Source: Aeropyrum pernix K1 (GTDB lineage Archaea > Thermoproteota > Thermoprotei_A > Sulfolobales > Acidilobaceae). Taken from it: a stretch of 32,000 nt of DNA. How positions within the stretch are numbered: position 1 is the stretch's first letter; every line of letters begins with the position of its first letter. Shown in pieces: positions 9,294 to 17,485 of this stretch. The position numbers and the translations under genes were made by a program. Below the pieces are notes generated by a model. The model worked only from the letters and a program-made list of their open reading frames with translations. It was not told the DNA's origin and made no database searches. Where the stretch lies: positions 900,001-932,000 of the forward strand of contig NC_000854.2 of the NCBI RefSeq assembly GCF_000011125.1, written 5' to 3'.

Positions 9294-9716
9294 CTACCCG
9301 AGTATCCAGGCCTCGAGCCGCCTGGATTCTCTTATCCCGTAGTATAGGAGTGGGGCGTAGATCAGTAATATAGCGACATATAGAAATAGCACCCTCGCCA
9401 ACGCCTCTCTAGGCGCTATTAGTATGAGAGCCATCAGGATTACAATAGGCTCTACTGCGAGGAACAGTATAAGATAGCCTAGGTACTGCATGCTAACCTT
9501 CCGCCTGAAATCCCCCGGTCTCGGCGGGTTGCCTGCATCATACCTAAGGTACTTTCTAGCCTCGATCTTCTCAACGTCGGGCCTACCCGTTGTGATGAGC
9601 TTCAGTAGGAAGACGACTGCTACCGTGGCTCCCACAACAAGCAGGGGTATTATCACTAGTGCAACGAGCATCATTACGCCGGGGCTGTAAAGCGTTTCAA
9701 TGAGCCCCAATACCAC
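9294..9716 (-). CDS. nuoA: Complex-I-like subunit A (GTG start)
   Basis: It is a small three-helix membrane protein and the first gene of the array. The start codon is the GTG at 9716-9714. Confidence 0.75.
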   Translation of the reverse strand: MVLGLIETLYSPGVMMLVALVIIPLLVVGATVAVVFLLKLITTGRPDVEKIEARKYLRYDAGNPPRPGDFRRKVSMQYLGYLILFLAVEPIVILMALILIAPREALARVLFLYVAILLIYAPLLYYGIRESRRLEAWILG

Positions 9717-9745
9717 TACCCTAGGGCTATCACTATGGAGTTTAA

Positions 9746-9755
9746 CATTAAAATA
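9746..9755 (-). promoter_or_regulatory. TATA-like box for the nuo operon
   Basis: The minus strand reads TATTTTAATG, centred about 34 nt upstream of the nuoA GTG. That spacing fits a very short leader or a leaderless transcript. Confidence 0.4.
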
Positions 9756-9852
9756 TGGGGTGAATATACGTCAAACCTTAGAAAAGACCGAGCTGGAGGA
9801 CCTCACAATAAACTCTGGAGCCGGTGGGAGGCGTTTCTCCCCCTTTCTTGGG

Positions 9853-12063
9853 TTAGGGGCCTATCAAGTCGTCTATCTTCGGCGGGCTTGGTGGGAGGCC
9901 CTTCCTCTGCCTTATCTTGGCTATGAGGTCCTGGAGCATCTGGTCCGGTACAGGTGCCCAGCCGTAGAACTCCACTCCCCAGAACGCCCTTCCAGCTGTG
10001 GCGCTCCTAAGTTCTCCGGCGAGGTCGAAGCTCTCGGCCACAGGTATGGCGGCTATTATCCTTGCCATCACTCCCGTAGTCTCGACGTTGATTATCCTTC
10101 CCCTCTTCCTGGTTAGCACGGCTGTTATGTTGCTTAGATACTCCATCGGCGCCCTTATATCGAGCTTCTGCAGCGGCTCGAGTAGTGTCGGCCTGCCATC
10201 CAGTATACCAGCCCATATGGCGTTCCTGACAGCGGGGTATAGCTGTCCGGGGCCTCTGTGGACGGGGTCTTCGTGGATCACGGCGTCGTGTAGCACCACC
10301 TTTACACCCCTGACGGGCTCTGCTGCGAGTGGGCCCTCCTTGAGCGCCAGCCTGAACCCGGCTATTATAGTGTCCTTAACCTCCCTGAGGTACTGGACTC
10401 CGGCGGTCTTGTCAACGAACACGTTTATGTTCTCGTCTATCGCCCAGATCTTCCTAGCCTCGTTATAGTCCCAGCCGGCCTTGTCAGCCAGTATTCTTGC
10501 CCTATCCTTCGGATCCTGGTCCTCAGTCACCGCCCCGTTCTGTATGAGGGTTATGGTTTCCTCGTTCAACGGCTCGACGCTTATATATAGCTTGTTATGC
10601 TTGTTGGGGCTCTTGCCCTCGAACACCCTGCTCTGCTGCCGGACTGTCTCCCTGTAAACAACTATAGGCGGGCTCGCCTTGACCTCCACTCCGAACTTCT
10701 CCCTTAGCATTGTGAGGGCTATCTCGAGGTGTAGCGGGCCCATCCCCGAGAGGAGGTACTCGCCCGTCTCCTCGTTTATCTTGACGACGAGGTTGGGATC
10801 TTCTATCGTGAGCTTCCTAAGAGCCTCTATCATCTTGGGGAGGTCCTGGATCTTGACTGGCTCAACAGCTATGGTTACCACAGGCTCGCTCACATACCTC
10901 AGGCTCTCGAACGGCGCGGCGTTCTCCTCGTACCCGAGGGACACGACAGTTTCGCCAGCCCTAACATCCTCGAAGCCCATGACTGCCCCTATGTTGCCCG
11001 CGGGTATTTCCTTGGTAACCTCTCTGAAGGGTCCCATGTAGATGCTGACCTGGAGCAGCCTAGACTTCTTGCCGGCGTTCAGTAGATAAACCTCTTCCCC
11101 GCTTCTCAGCGTGCCGGAAAAGACTCTGCCTGTAGCCACAAGGCCGGCCTTCTCAATCCTAACGTCGTTTATGAAGAACACCAGGGGGCCGTCGGGATCC
11201 GCGTTAAGCATCGCCTGGCCGATCTCAGAGTTTATGTCGCCCTTCCATATCTTCGGTATCCTATACCTCTGAGCCTCCCTTGGGTTGGGCACGAACTTTA
11301 TCACCATGTCAAGCAGGGTCTCGTGGAGCGGCATCTTCTTGGAGAGCTCGGCAACAGCCTCCTTCCCCTTCTCGTACGCCTGTATGATCTCCCTGAAAGT
11401 AATCCCCTTCTTCTTGACCTGCGGGACCGAGATGCCCCACTTGTCCTTTGCACTGCCGAAAGCCACCATACCGGCGTTTGGGTCTAGCTTCCACTTCTTC
11501 CTGAACTCGGGCTCTGCATACAGGTCTATGAGGTTGTTGACCTCCTTTATAATCTCTACGAAACGCTGCTGTATCTTCTCAGGAGGGAGCTTAAGCTCCT
11601 TGATCAGCCTGTCCACCTTGTTTATGAACAGAATGGGCCTGACCCTCTCCTCGAGGGCCTGGCGTATGACAGTCTCAGTCTGCGTCATCACACCCTCTAC
11701 AGCATCCACCACCACTATGGCGCCGTCCAGCACTCTGAGGCTCCTGGTCACCTTGCCCGAGAAGTCGACGTGGCCTGGGGTGTCGATGAGGTTTATGACA
11801 TAGGGTTTCCCCTCGTACTCGTGGTAGAGGCTCACGTTCGCGCTTTTAACGGTTATCCCCCTCTGCTTCTCGACATTGAGATAGTCCAGTACAAGGGCCT
11901 CACCAGCGATCCTCTCGGAGATTATGCCCGCCGCTGCCAGCAGGCTGTCGGAAGTAGTTGTCTTCCCGTGGTCGACGTGGGCGATTATACCAATATTCCT
12001 TATCTGGTCTATATTCCTCATTATCTTCTCTATCTCTGAGACGACCTTTACTCTGGCTCCCAT
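9853..12063 (-). CDS. fusA: Translation elongation factor 2 (aEF-2)
   Basis: It has the GTPase motifs [17 protein letters not shown] and NKVD. It also has the diphthamide-loop sequence [11 protein letters not shown]. Length is 736 aa. Confidence 0.97.
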   Translation of the reverse strand: MGARVKVVSEIEKIMRNIDQIRNIGIIAHVDHGKTTTSDSLLAAAGIISERIAGEALVLDYLNVEKQRGITVKSANVSLYHEYEGKPYVINLIDTPGHVDFSGKVTRSLRVLDGAIVVVDAVEGVMTQTETVIRQALEERVRPILFINKVDRLIKELKLPPEKIQQRFVEIIKEVNNLIDLYAEPEFRKKWKLDPNAGMVAFGSAKDKWGISVPQVKKKGITFREIIQAYEKGKEAVAELSKKMPLHETLLDMVIKFVPNPREAQRYRIPKIWKGDINSEIGQAMLNADPDGPLVFFINDVRIEKAGLVATGRVFSGTLRSGEEVYLLNAGKKSRLLQVSIYMGPFREVTKEIPAGNIGAVMGFEDVRAGETVVSLGYEENAAPFESLRYVSEPVVTIAVEPVKIQDLPKMIEALRKLTIEDPNLVVKINEETGEYLLSGMGPLHLEIALTMLREKFGVEVKASPPIVVYRETVRQQSRVFEGKSPNKHNKLYISVEPLNEETITLIQNGAVTEDQDPKDRARILADKAGWDYNEARKIWAIDENINVFVDKTAGVQYLREVKDTIIAGFRLALKEGPLAAEPVRGVKVVLHDAVIHEDPVHRGPGQLYPAVRNAIWAGILDGRPTLLEPLQKLDIRAPMEYLSNITAVLTRKRGRIINVETTGVMARIIAAIPVAESFDLAGELRSATAGRAFWGVEFYGWAPVPDQMLQDLIAKIRQRKGLPPSPPKIDDLIGP

Positions 12064-12113
12064 GGTGCGCTACACCTTCCATGGTTAGCCGGTGCCCGCC
12101 GAGGGTTTTTAGC

Positions 12114-12878
12114 TTATCCAGAACCAGCCTCCCCCTCGCCTCTATAGAAGTCGTCAAGGCTGGCATGCCTTCTCCCCCCTCCGGTGCTTCTCTTGTAAGG
12201 TGTCATGAGTATCTTCTTAATCTCCTCCGCCCTCTTCTCGCCTATGCCCTCCACCTTCGATATCTCTGCCTTGGAGGCCGTGAAGAACCTCTCCAGGCTC
12301 CCGAACCTCTCTAATATCCTCTCCGCCGTTCTCCTCCCAATGCCTGGGAATGACTGGAGAATGTAGAGCTGCCACTCCCTCACGTCAGAGAGGCGGGGCT
12401 TCTTATGTATAACAATCCTCTGACCACCCTCTCTAGTGGAGAGGCGGGCGAGGCTCTCTATCACCAGCGCCGTCCCCTTCGGGTCCATAGTGTTCATTAA
12501 CCTAATCCCATAGTCCAGCTGTAAGGCGGCCATAGCGGCGTAGAGGCTCCTCTCCCTCCCTCTGTAACGCCTGGGCACAGGAGGTCCTTCAACTATTATG
12601 AAGACGGTTTCATAATGCTCCGCAAGCCTGGAAGCCTGCTCGAACAGCCTACCGTCGAAGAGGCTCTTGGCGAAGTCGCTGCTAGTCTTCCTCTCAACTA
12701 TAATAGAGTCGGAGACAAGGTAATCCCCCATGGGGAGCTGCTTAGGTATAACTTGTACCCCAAGGCTCTCGAGAATAGAAGGAACAGGGCTCCTCTCCTC
12801 CCTAACATCCACATAAACTCTAGGCCTAAATCCGCCTCGCCTGTAGCGCCCGCCCTCCAAAATCCACGCCCCAGCCAC
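12114..12878 (-). CDS. xpf: Short crenarchaeal XPF/ERCC4 endonuclease (nuclease domain plus HhH2)
   Basis: It has the ERCC4 motif GDYLVSDSIIVERKTSSDF and a C-terminal tandem HhH (FPGIGRRTAERILERFGS...VEGIGEKRAEEI). It is 254 aa with a GTG start. From memory it resembles the crystallised A. pernix XPF. Confidence 0.9.
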   Translation of the reverse strand: MAGAWILEGGRYRRGGFRPRVYVDVREERSPVPSILESLGVQVIPKQLPMGDYLVSDSIIVERKTSSDFAKSLFDGRLFEQASRLAEHYETVFIIVEGPPVPRRYRGRERSLYAAMAALQLDYGIRLMNTMDPKGTALVIESLARLSTREGGQRIVIHKKPRLSDVREWQLYILQSFPGIGRRTAERILERFGSLERFFTASKAEISKVEGIGEKRAEEIKKILMTPYKRSTGGGRRHASLDDFYRGEGEAGSG

Positions 12879-12961
12879 TTCCTAGTGGAGCCTGGCATGT
12901 GAAAGGGGGTTATGGCGATACTGGCCCGCCTACTTGTCCTCCAAGCTTTGGAGCCTCCGGA

Positions 12962-14008
12962 CTACCCCTTTTCAAGCGTCTTTACACACATCCACCCTAG
13001 CCTGCCTGAGATCAGGTTGAAGGCTTTTACAGCCATATCCTCCGCGCTAAACGCTGCCGTGTATGGTATGTGAGCCATGCCAGCCTCGTCGTGCCCCCCA
13101 CCCTCCCCCCCGAACTTCTCAGCCAGCATGGAGGCGATGGCACGTGCTGTAACACCCTTCTCCAGGGCTAGAGGGGACACTCTAACAGAGAGTCTGAATT
13201 CGGAGGTCCTCTCCGCAACGGCTACAGCTACGTCAGCAGCCTCGTCCACCAGGCTCTTCGCCACATCACTCTCGAAACTGCCGATATGGGTGACAGCGAT
13301 TAACAGCTCGCTGCATGCCCTCCCGATTTTGAGGCGGGAGAACGCCTTCAGCTTGGCCAGACGGAGTGAAAGGTCGCCTCTATCCCTCCTACCTCGCTGG
13401 CGGCCAGCCTCCAGGACCTTACCGTAGTCCGCCCCCATGGATAGCAGGTGGGCGGCTGCCTCGAAGCTTAGTTTCGACGCCCTCAGAAAGCGTCCCGTAT
13501 CATATACAATCCCACCTAGCGCGGCGGTGGCTACCGACGGTCTAAGAGGCGTCCCGGCTTCGACTGCTGTTTTAACGGCAAGCTCGCTGGAGCTGCCTGC
13601 ACCGGGGTCGACTAGAGCCACGTCAGCCTCTTCATGTATAGAACCTCTCTCGTGATGGTCGATGACCACCTTCAGCCGCGCCGCCCTGAAAAGGCTCTCA
13701 GCCCCCGCTATCTGGCTGAGGTTTGCGGCGTCCACAACAACGGCTATGAGCGGGTTTTCGTCTGGGCTGCATAGGGGCCCGAACTCCTCGCCCACGGCCT
13801 CGAGAAGCCTTTTAGACTGTCTCGAAATGCCTTCGGGGCTGTAGAGGCAGGGATTCATCCTTAGAGCCCGGAGGACCTCGCGGACGACAAGAGCCGCACC
13901 GACGGCGTCGGGGTCGGCGTTCCTATGTGTTATCACGGCCGACTTTTCTCCCTCCGCCTCGCCTGCCACCTCTTTTAGAGCCTCCACGAGTCTTGAGGCG
14001 CTGCTCAA
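12962..14008 (-). CDS. DHH/DHHA1-family phosphoesterase (NrnA / nanoRNase-like)
   Basis: It has motif I ([12 protein letters not shown]), DHH (VIDHHERG) and the DHHA1 motif GGGH (FGGEGGGHDEAGMA). The listed start is a TTG at 14008. In-frame GTGs at 13987, 13969 and 13936 are alternatives. Confidence 0.85.
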   Translation of the reverse strand: MSSASRLVEALKEVAGEAEGEKSAVITHRNADPDAVGAALVVREVLRALRMNPCLYSPEGISRQSKRLLEAVGEEFGPLCSPDENPLIAVVVDAANLSQIAGAESLFRAARLKVVIDHHERGSIHEEADVALVDPGAGSSSELAVKTAVEAGTPLRPSVATAALGGIVYDTGRFLRASKLSFEAAAHLLSMGADYGKVLEAGRQRGRRDRGDLSLRLAKLKAFSRLKIGRACSELLIAVTHIGSFESDVAKSLVDEAADVAVAVAERTSEFRLSVRVSPLALEKGVTARAIASMLAEKFGGEGGGHDEAGMAHIPYTAAFSAEDMAVKAFNLISGRLGWMCVKTLEKG

Positions 14009-14255
14009 CCCTTTTCACCTCCTCCTCAACTATAGCATCTACAATGTCCTGCAGACCCTCGAGCCCGGGCCTCACAGCCTCTACCTCAACGCTCAGGCTC
14101 GTGACCCCGGCCTCGCCGCTGGAGGCTTTGACCAGTATTGTAAAATGTGGTGAAGTTGAGCCGAGGACCTTCTGGAGCCTCTTCCTTATCCTCTCTTCAA
14201 GCTCCAGCAGAGCCTCCTCAAGGCCTTGTGTGCTAGGCTCCTTTCGCCCCTCCAA
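13923..14255 (-). CDS. Small acidic protein with an RGG-rich basic tail; function unknown
   Basis: It is 110 aa with a TTG start at 14255 and no internal Met. The sequence runs [15 protein letters not shown]...[16 protein letters not shown], followed by [17 protein letters not shown]. Codon usage looks native. It overlaps the prefoldin beta 3' end by 23 nt and the DHH gene 5' end by 14-86 nt, depending on the DHH start. From memory it may be a DUF3194-like neighbour of pfdB; this is unverified. Confidence 0.5.
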
Positions 14256-14604
14256 CTGCCCCTCCCTGCAGGAGCCTCCTAAGCTCCGACTCTATCCTCT
14301 CGAGCTCCTTCTTCAGATGCTCCTCCTGGCTCTTCAGCACCTTGAGCTTCAGCTCCAGATCCTCCTTCCTCTTGTTGAGGTCCTCCACCACCTCGTTCTT
14401 GCTCTTTTTCACAAGGACGAAGCCCGTGAGCCTGTAGAGCTCGGCGTCCTCCGGCAGGCCTTCAAGCTCCTTTAAGACACTCTCCACCTCGGCTAGGCCA
14501 GCCTCTACAGTGGCCTTCTCCCTCATAACCACGCTCAGGGTCTCCCTGAGCTTCAGATACTTAGTGTACTTCGCCTCAACCTCTGGCGGCAGCCTCTCTA
14601 CCAT
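14233..14604 (-). CDS. pfdB: Prefoldin beta subunit
   Basis: It is 123 aa with two long heptad-rich helices flanking a beta-hairpin region ([14 protein letters not shown]). It sits in the typical superoperon position next to Pcc1. Confidence 0.85.
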
Positions 14605-14629
14605 AGCCTGTCAACCGGGATACACTTTC

Positions 14630-14911
14630 CTAATGGGGAGATTTATCCTTGAGCCCCCTCTCCTCTCCCCGCGTGGCGGACCCGGATATGGCTGCTAGTG
14701 AGGCGTGGATGAGGAGTAGAAAGCTGTTCGTAATAGCCCTCAAACCGGCCAGATCGCGGGCTCTGATATGCAGTACCACGCAACCGTCATCCATACCCAG
14801 CTTCACTACCCCCTTTGAGGGCCCCCTCTGCCTGGCCTCAGCCTCCAAGCTTCTGTATATAGCCTCCGAGTCGGTGCCCAGGCATAGCCTAAGCCTCGCC
14901 CTGTAGCTCAA
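14630..14911 (-). CDS. pcc1: KEOPS complex subunit Pcc1 (CTAG family)
   Basis: It is 93 aa. The pattern ...SEAIYRSLEAE...VVLHIRARDLAGLRAITNSFLLLI is typical of Pcc1, and it is adjacent to prefoldin beta. Confidence 0.7.
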   Translation of the reverse strand: MSYRARLRLCLGTDSEAIYRSLEAEARQRGPSKGVVKLGMDDGCVVLHIRARDLAGLRAITNSFLLLIHASLAAISGSATRGEERGLKDKSPH

Positions 14912-15765
14912 CCCTCCTTCCCCCCGATTTCAAGGGGTGTCCTGAACCAGACGTCAACTTGGGTGAATGGTATTTCTATACCCTCCCTCGCCAGCGCCTC
15001 CCTGACTGTCTTGATCACCTGCATAGAAGCCTGATACCAGTAGTCTGTGGGCACCCAGACCTTCACGTCTATTATTACCCCGCTGTCGCCTAGCTCTGAG
15101 GCGTAGACCTCGGGACTCGGATCCTTTAGTACCAGGTAGATGCTCTCGAGAGCATTGGAGATTGTATTGATAGCCTTGCCTATGTCTTCCCTGTAAGCGA
15201 TGGAAGCCTTGAAAGTCAGCCTCCTGACAGCGCTTTTGCTGTAGTTCACCATATAGTCGTTTATAATCCTCGAGTTGGGTATCCTCACCACCTCCCCGTC
15301 GAGCGTCCTAACCCTAGTCGACATGGTTGAAATCTCCACCACCCTACCGATGAAACCTCCTATAGAGATTAGGTCGCCGATGACCAGGCTTTTCTCGCCG
15401 TAGAGGTATAGGCCGGAGAAGAAGTTCGAGAAGAGAGGCTGTAGGGCGAGGCTGAGAACCAGGCCTGCGAAGCCTCCGGCGACGAGGAGGGCCGTGAGCT
15501 CAACCCCTAAGGCTTGCAGTGCTGCAACCGCTGTTAGAAAGAGGACCATGTAGTAGGTTGACCTTGCCAGCAGGTGTGTTATGTCTCGGGGGAAAACCCT
15601 AGACCCGTACCTCTCTATAGCCCGTCTGGCTGTCACAGATGCCAGAAGCCCCAGAGCGAGTATAACCAGGGCTAGCGCAACCCTCTCGACCGGGAGGTTC
15701 ATAAGGGTGCTGGTTAGCCCTGATATGCTATCTGAGGATGATCCATCCATAGCCAACCTACACAC
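14908..15765 (-). CDS. mscS: MscS-type small-conductance mechanosensitive channel
   Basis: It has N-terminal TM helices followed by the MscS beta-domain signature LVIGDLISIGGFIGRVVEISTMSTRVRTLDGEVVRIPNSRIIN. The start is either the GTG at 15765 (overlapping the upstream stop) or, more likely, the ATG at 15750, 7 nt after that stop. Its stop overlaps the Pcc1 start by 4 nt. Confidence 0.88.
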   Translation of the reverse strand: MCRLAMDGSSSDSISGLTSTLMNLPVERVALALVILALGLLASVTARRAIERYGSRVFPRDITHLLARSTYYMVLFLTAVAALQALGVELTALLVAGGFAGLVLSLALQPLFSNFFSGLYLYGEKSLVIGDLISIGGFIGRVVEISTMSTRVRTLDGEVVRIPNSRIINDYMVNYSKSAVRRLTFKASIAYREDIGKAINTISNALESIYLVLKDPSPEVYASELGDSGVIIDVKVWVPTDYWYQASMQVIKTVREALAREGIEIPFTQVDVWFRTPLEIGGKEG

Positions 15766-16477
15766 CCCACATCATGTCGGTCCTCTGGAAGAACCTCGGC
15801 GGCCTAACCTCCGGCGGGTCTGATATGGGCATTGTACCCTCCCTAAAGGGCTGCCTATACATGACAACCCCCCTATACCTCTCAACCTCGACAGCCAGCT
15901 CCTGGGTATAAGCCCTCCATGTGCCCCGCTCGAAGTAGAGTTTTAGGGGGGCTGAGTCTAGGAGGATTCTGGATAGCGTAACAGGGGTTCCGGATATGTT
16001 TTTTACAGCAATCCTGGCCAGCGCCCGACCCAGACTGGGCTCCTCGGGTCGTGGCGAGACGCTGGAGATAGCAAGCCTAGCCACGACCCCTGACTCCGGA
16101 GGCCCGTAGAGCACTAGACTGGGCTTATCATCCATAGGAATAACATCGACAATCGTGGGCTCATCCCCTGGAAAAGCGTAGATAGCCGTGTCGACGGGGA
16201 TTAGAGTGTAGAATGTCCTCTCCGACCCTGGCGATACCACTATCCTCGGTTCAATTCGCAGAAGGATAAACCTAGTAACATACAGTGGCTTGAATATCGG
16301 GTACATCGGGACAGGCTGCAGGTCTACAGTGCCGTCGAAAAGCAGCTCGACGCTCCCGCCGCCATCCACTTCACGCCTATACCTCACGAGCCCGTCTCCA
16401 GCAGTCTCAACAACAACCCTGGAAGAGCCGAGTCTGTGTTCACCCTGTTCTAGAGGGACTCCATAACCCGCAGCCAT
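15758..16477 (-). CDS. Uncharacterised soluble protein, 239 aa; possibly the archaeal DUF432 family (from memory only)
   Basis: It is a long ORF with native codon usage and is tightly packed: 11 nt after the Brix stop, and coupled to mscS. I see no TM segments and cannot name any catalytic motif. The composition suggests a beta-rich fold. Confidence 0.8.
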   Translation of the reverse strand: MAAGYGVPLEQGEHRLGSSRVVVETAGDGLVRYRREVDGGGSVELLFDGTVDLQPVPMYPIFKPLYVTRFILLRIEPRIVVSPGSERTFYTLIPVDTAIYAFPGDEPTIVDVIPMDDKPSLVLYGPPESGVVARLAISSVSPRPEEPSLGRALARIAVKNISGTPVTLSRILLDSAPLKLYFERGTWRAYTQELAVEVERYRGVVMYRQPFREGTMPISDPPEVRPPRFFQRTDMMWGV

Positions 16478-16488
16478 CCTAACCCCCC

Positions 16489-17082
16489 TTAAACCCTCCG
16501 GCCCCTCTTAACCATCTCAGCCGGCTTCCCCAGCCTGAGCATGGGACCGACGGGTGCACCTCCATACCTAAAAGTCACAGCGACTGTCCTGGCGTCTAGA
16601 CTCTCTATAACGGCCTCAACGTAGCCAGCAGCCTCGGGCGGCTTAAGGCGGGCGTGAAAGGCTATTACGAATGCATCAGCGAACTCCACCGCCACTCCCG
16701 AGTCGAGGGGCCTGGCGACGAGGACCTCGCCGCCCCTCAGACTAGGCAACCCCCACCTTCGCTCTCGAGAGAGGCTAACCCCCTTCACTATGAAGCTGAC
16801 TATGTTATCAGGCCTCTCCGGACCCTCCACCGCGTAAACCCGGATTATGCCCGGGTTGCCCCTCCTCTCCCCGACCACCACAATCCTGTCGGCCCCACGT
16901 ATGATGGCTTCCCTCGCGAGCTCCTCCATACTATAATGCCCCCTTGTGAAGCGGAAGGCGCCTGGTATTGTGGCTGAAAGGTCTTTCACGAAGCTTCTTA
17001 TCCTAGGGCTGGGCCTCCTGCTGGTTGTCACTAGTATCCTGTAGCCTCCAACACCGGAAGGCCTCCCCTTACCGCCCAACAT
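16489..17082 (-). CDS. Brix/Imp4-domain ribosome biogenesis protein
   Basis: It contains YRILVTTSRRPSPRIRSFVKDLSATIPGAFRFTRG. At 197 aa it has the typical archaeal Brix size and the usual context next to L37Ae. Confidence 0.8.
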   Translation of the reverse strand: MLGGKGRPSGVGGYRILVTTSRRPSPRIRSFVKDLSATIPGAFRFTRGHYSMEELAREAIIRGADRIVVVGERRGNPGIIRVYAVEGPERPDNIVSFIVKGVSLSRERRWGLPSLRGGEVLVARPLDSGVAVEFADAFVIAFHARLKPPEAAGYVEAVIESLDARTVAVTFRYGGAPVGPMLRLGKPAEMVKRGRRV

Positions 17083-17208
17083 GCGTAACCTAAGATAGGA
17101 ATTTTGAGTTGGCCTACGGTTTAAAGGAGGTTGGAATACCGGGGGTCAAGTGCGAGCCCGTGGTTTAATTGGAGGGAAAAGGGTTGTGCATGGATCCAGG
17201 CCTTGAGG

Positions 17209-17469
17209 CTATCCTCTCACGATATATCTCTTAAAGTATTTTGCTAGGCCGCTTCTAGGAGTGTACGCCGCCCCCGCCCACGTGTTGCCGCATTTACGGC
17301 AGGACCATACACCCACCGAGACTCTTCTAACGGTGCCTGTAGAGCCGCAGAACGGGCATTCGTGGGGCTGGTAGCGCCTTGCCAGTATGTCACGAACCCT
17401 CTTCCTAACGCTCACCCCGTACCTGGGGCCGTACCTGCCCGCAGGGCCAACTACCTTTGTTCTACCCAT
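17209..17469 (-). CDS. rpl37ae: Ribosomal protein L37Ae (eL43)
   Basis: It has MGRTKVVGPAGRYGPRYG and a zinc ribbon (CPFCG...CRKCG). GGGAGGT lies upstream of the ATG. Confidence 0.95.
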   Translation of the reverse strand: MGRTKVVGPAGRYGPRYGVSVRKRVRDILARRYQPHECPFCGSTGTVRRVSVGVWSCRKCGNTWAGAAYTPRSGLAKYFKRYIVRG

Positions 17470-17485
17470 ACCTCGCTACCTCCCA

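Noticed and set aside
12698-12898. A 66-aa ORF with an ATG at 12898 that overlaps the start of xpf in another frame.
   Set aside because: The XPF frame from the GTG at 12878 carries the conserved N-terminal nuclease-domain sequence. The alternative frame gives a low-complexity product and would displace a well-supported gene.
12939-12953. A small hairpin, CTCCAA-GCT-TTGGAG, just downstream of the DHH gene stop.
   Set aside because: It has only a 6-bp stem, a 3-nt loop and no adjacent T-tract. Archaeal termination does not require hairpins. It is too weak to call as a feature.
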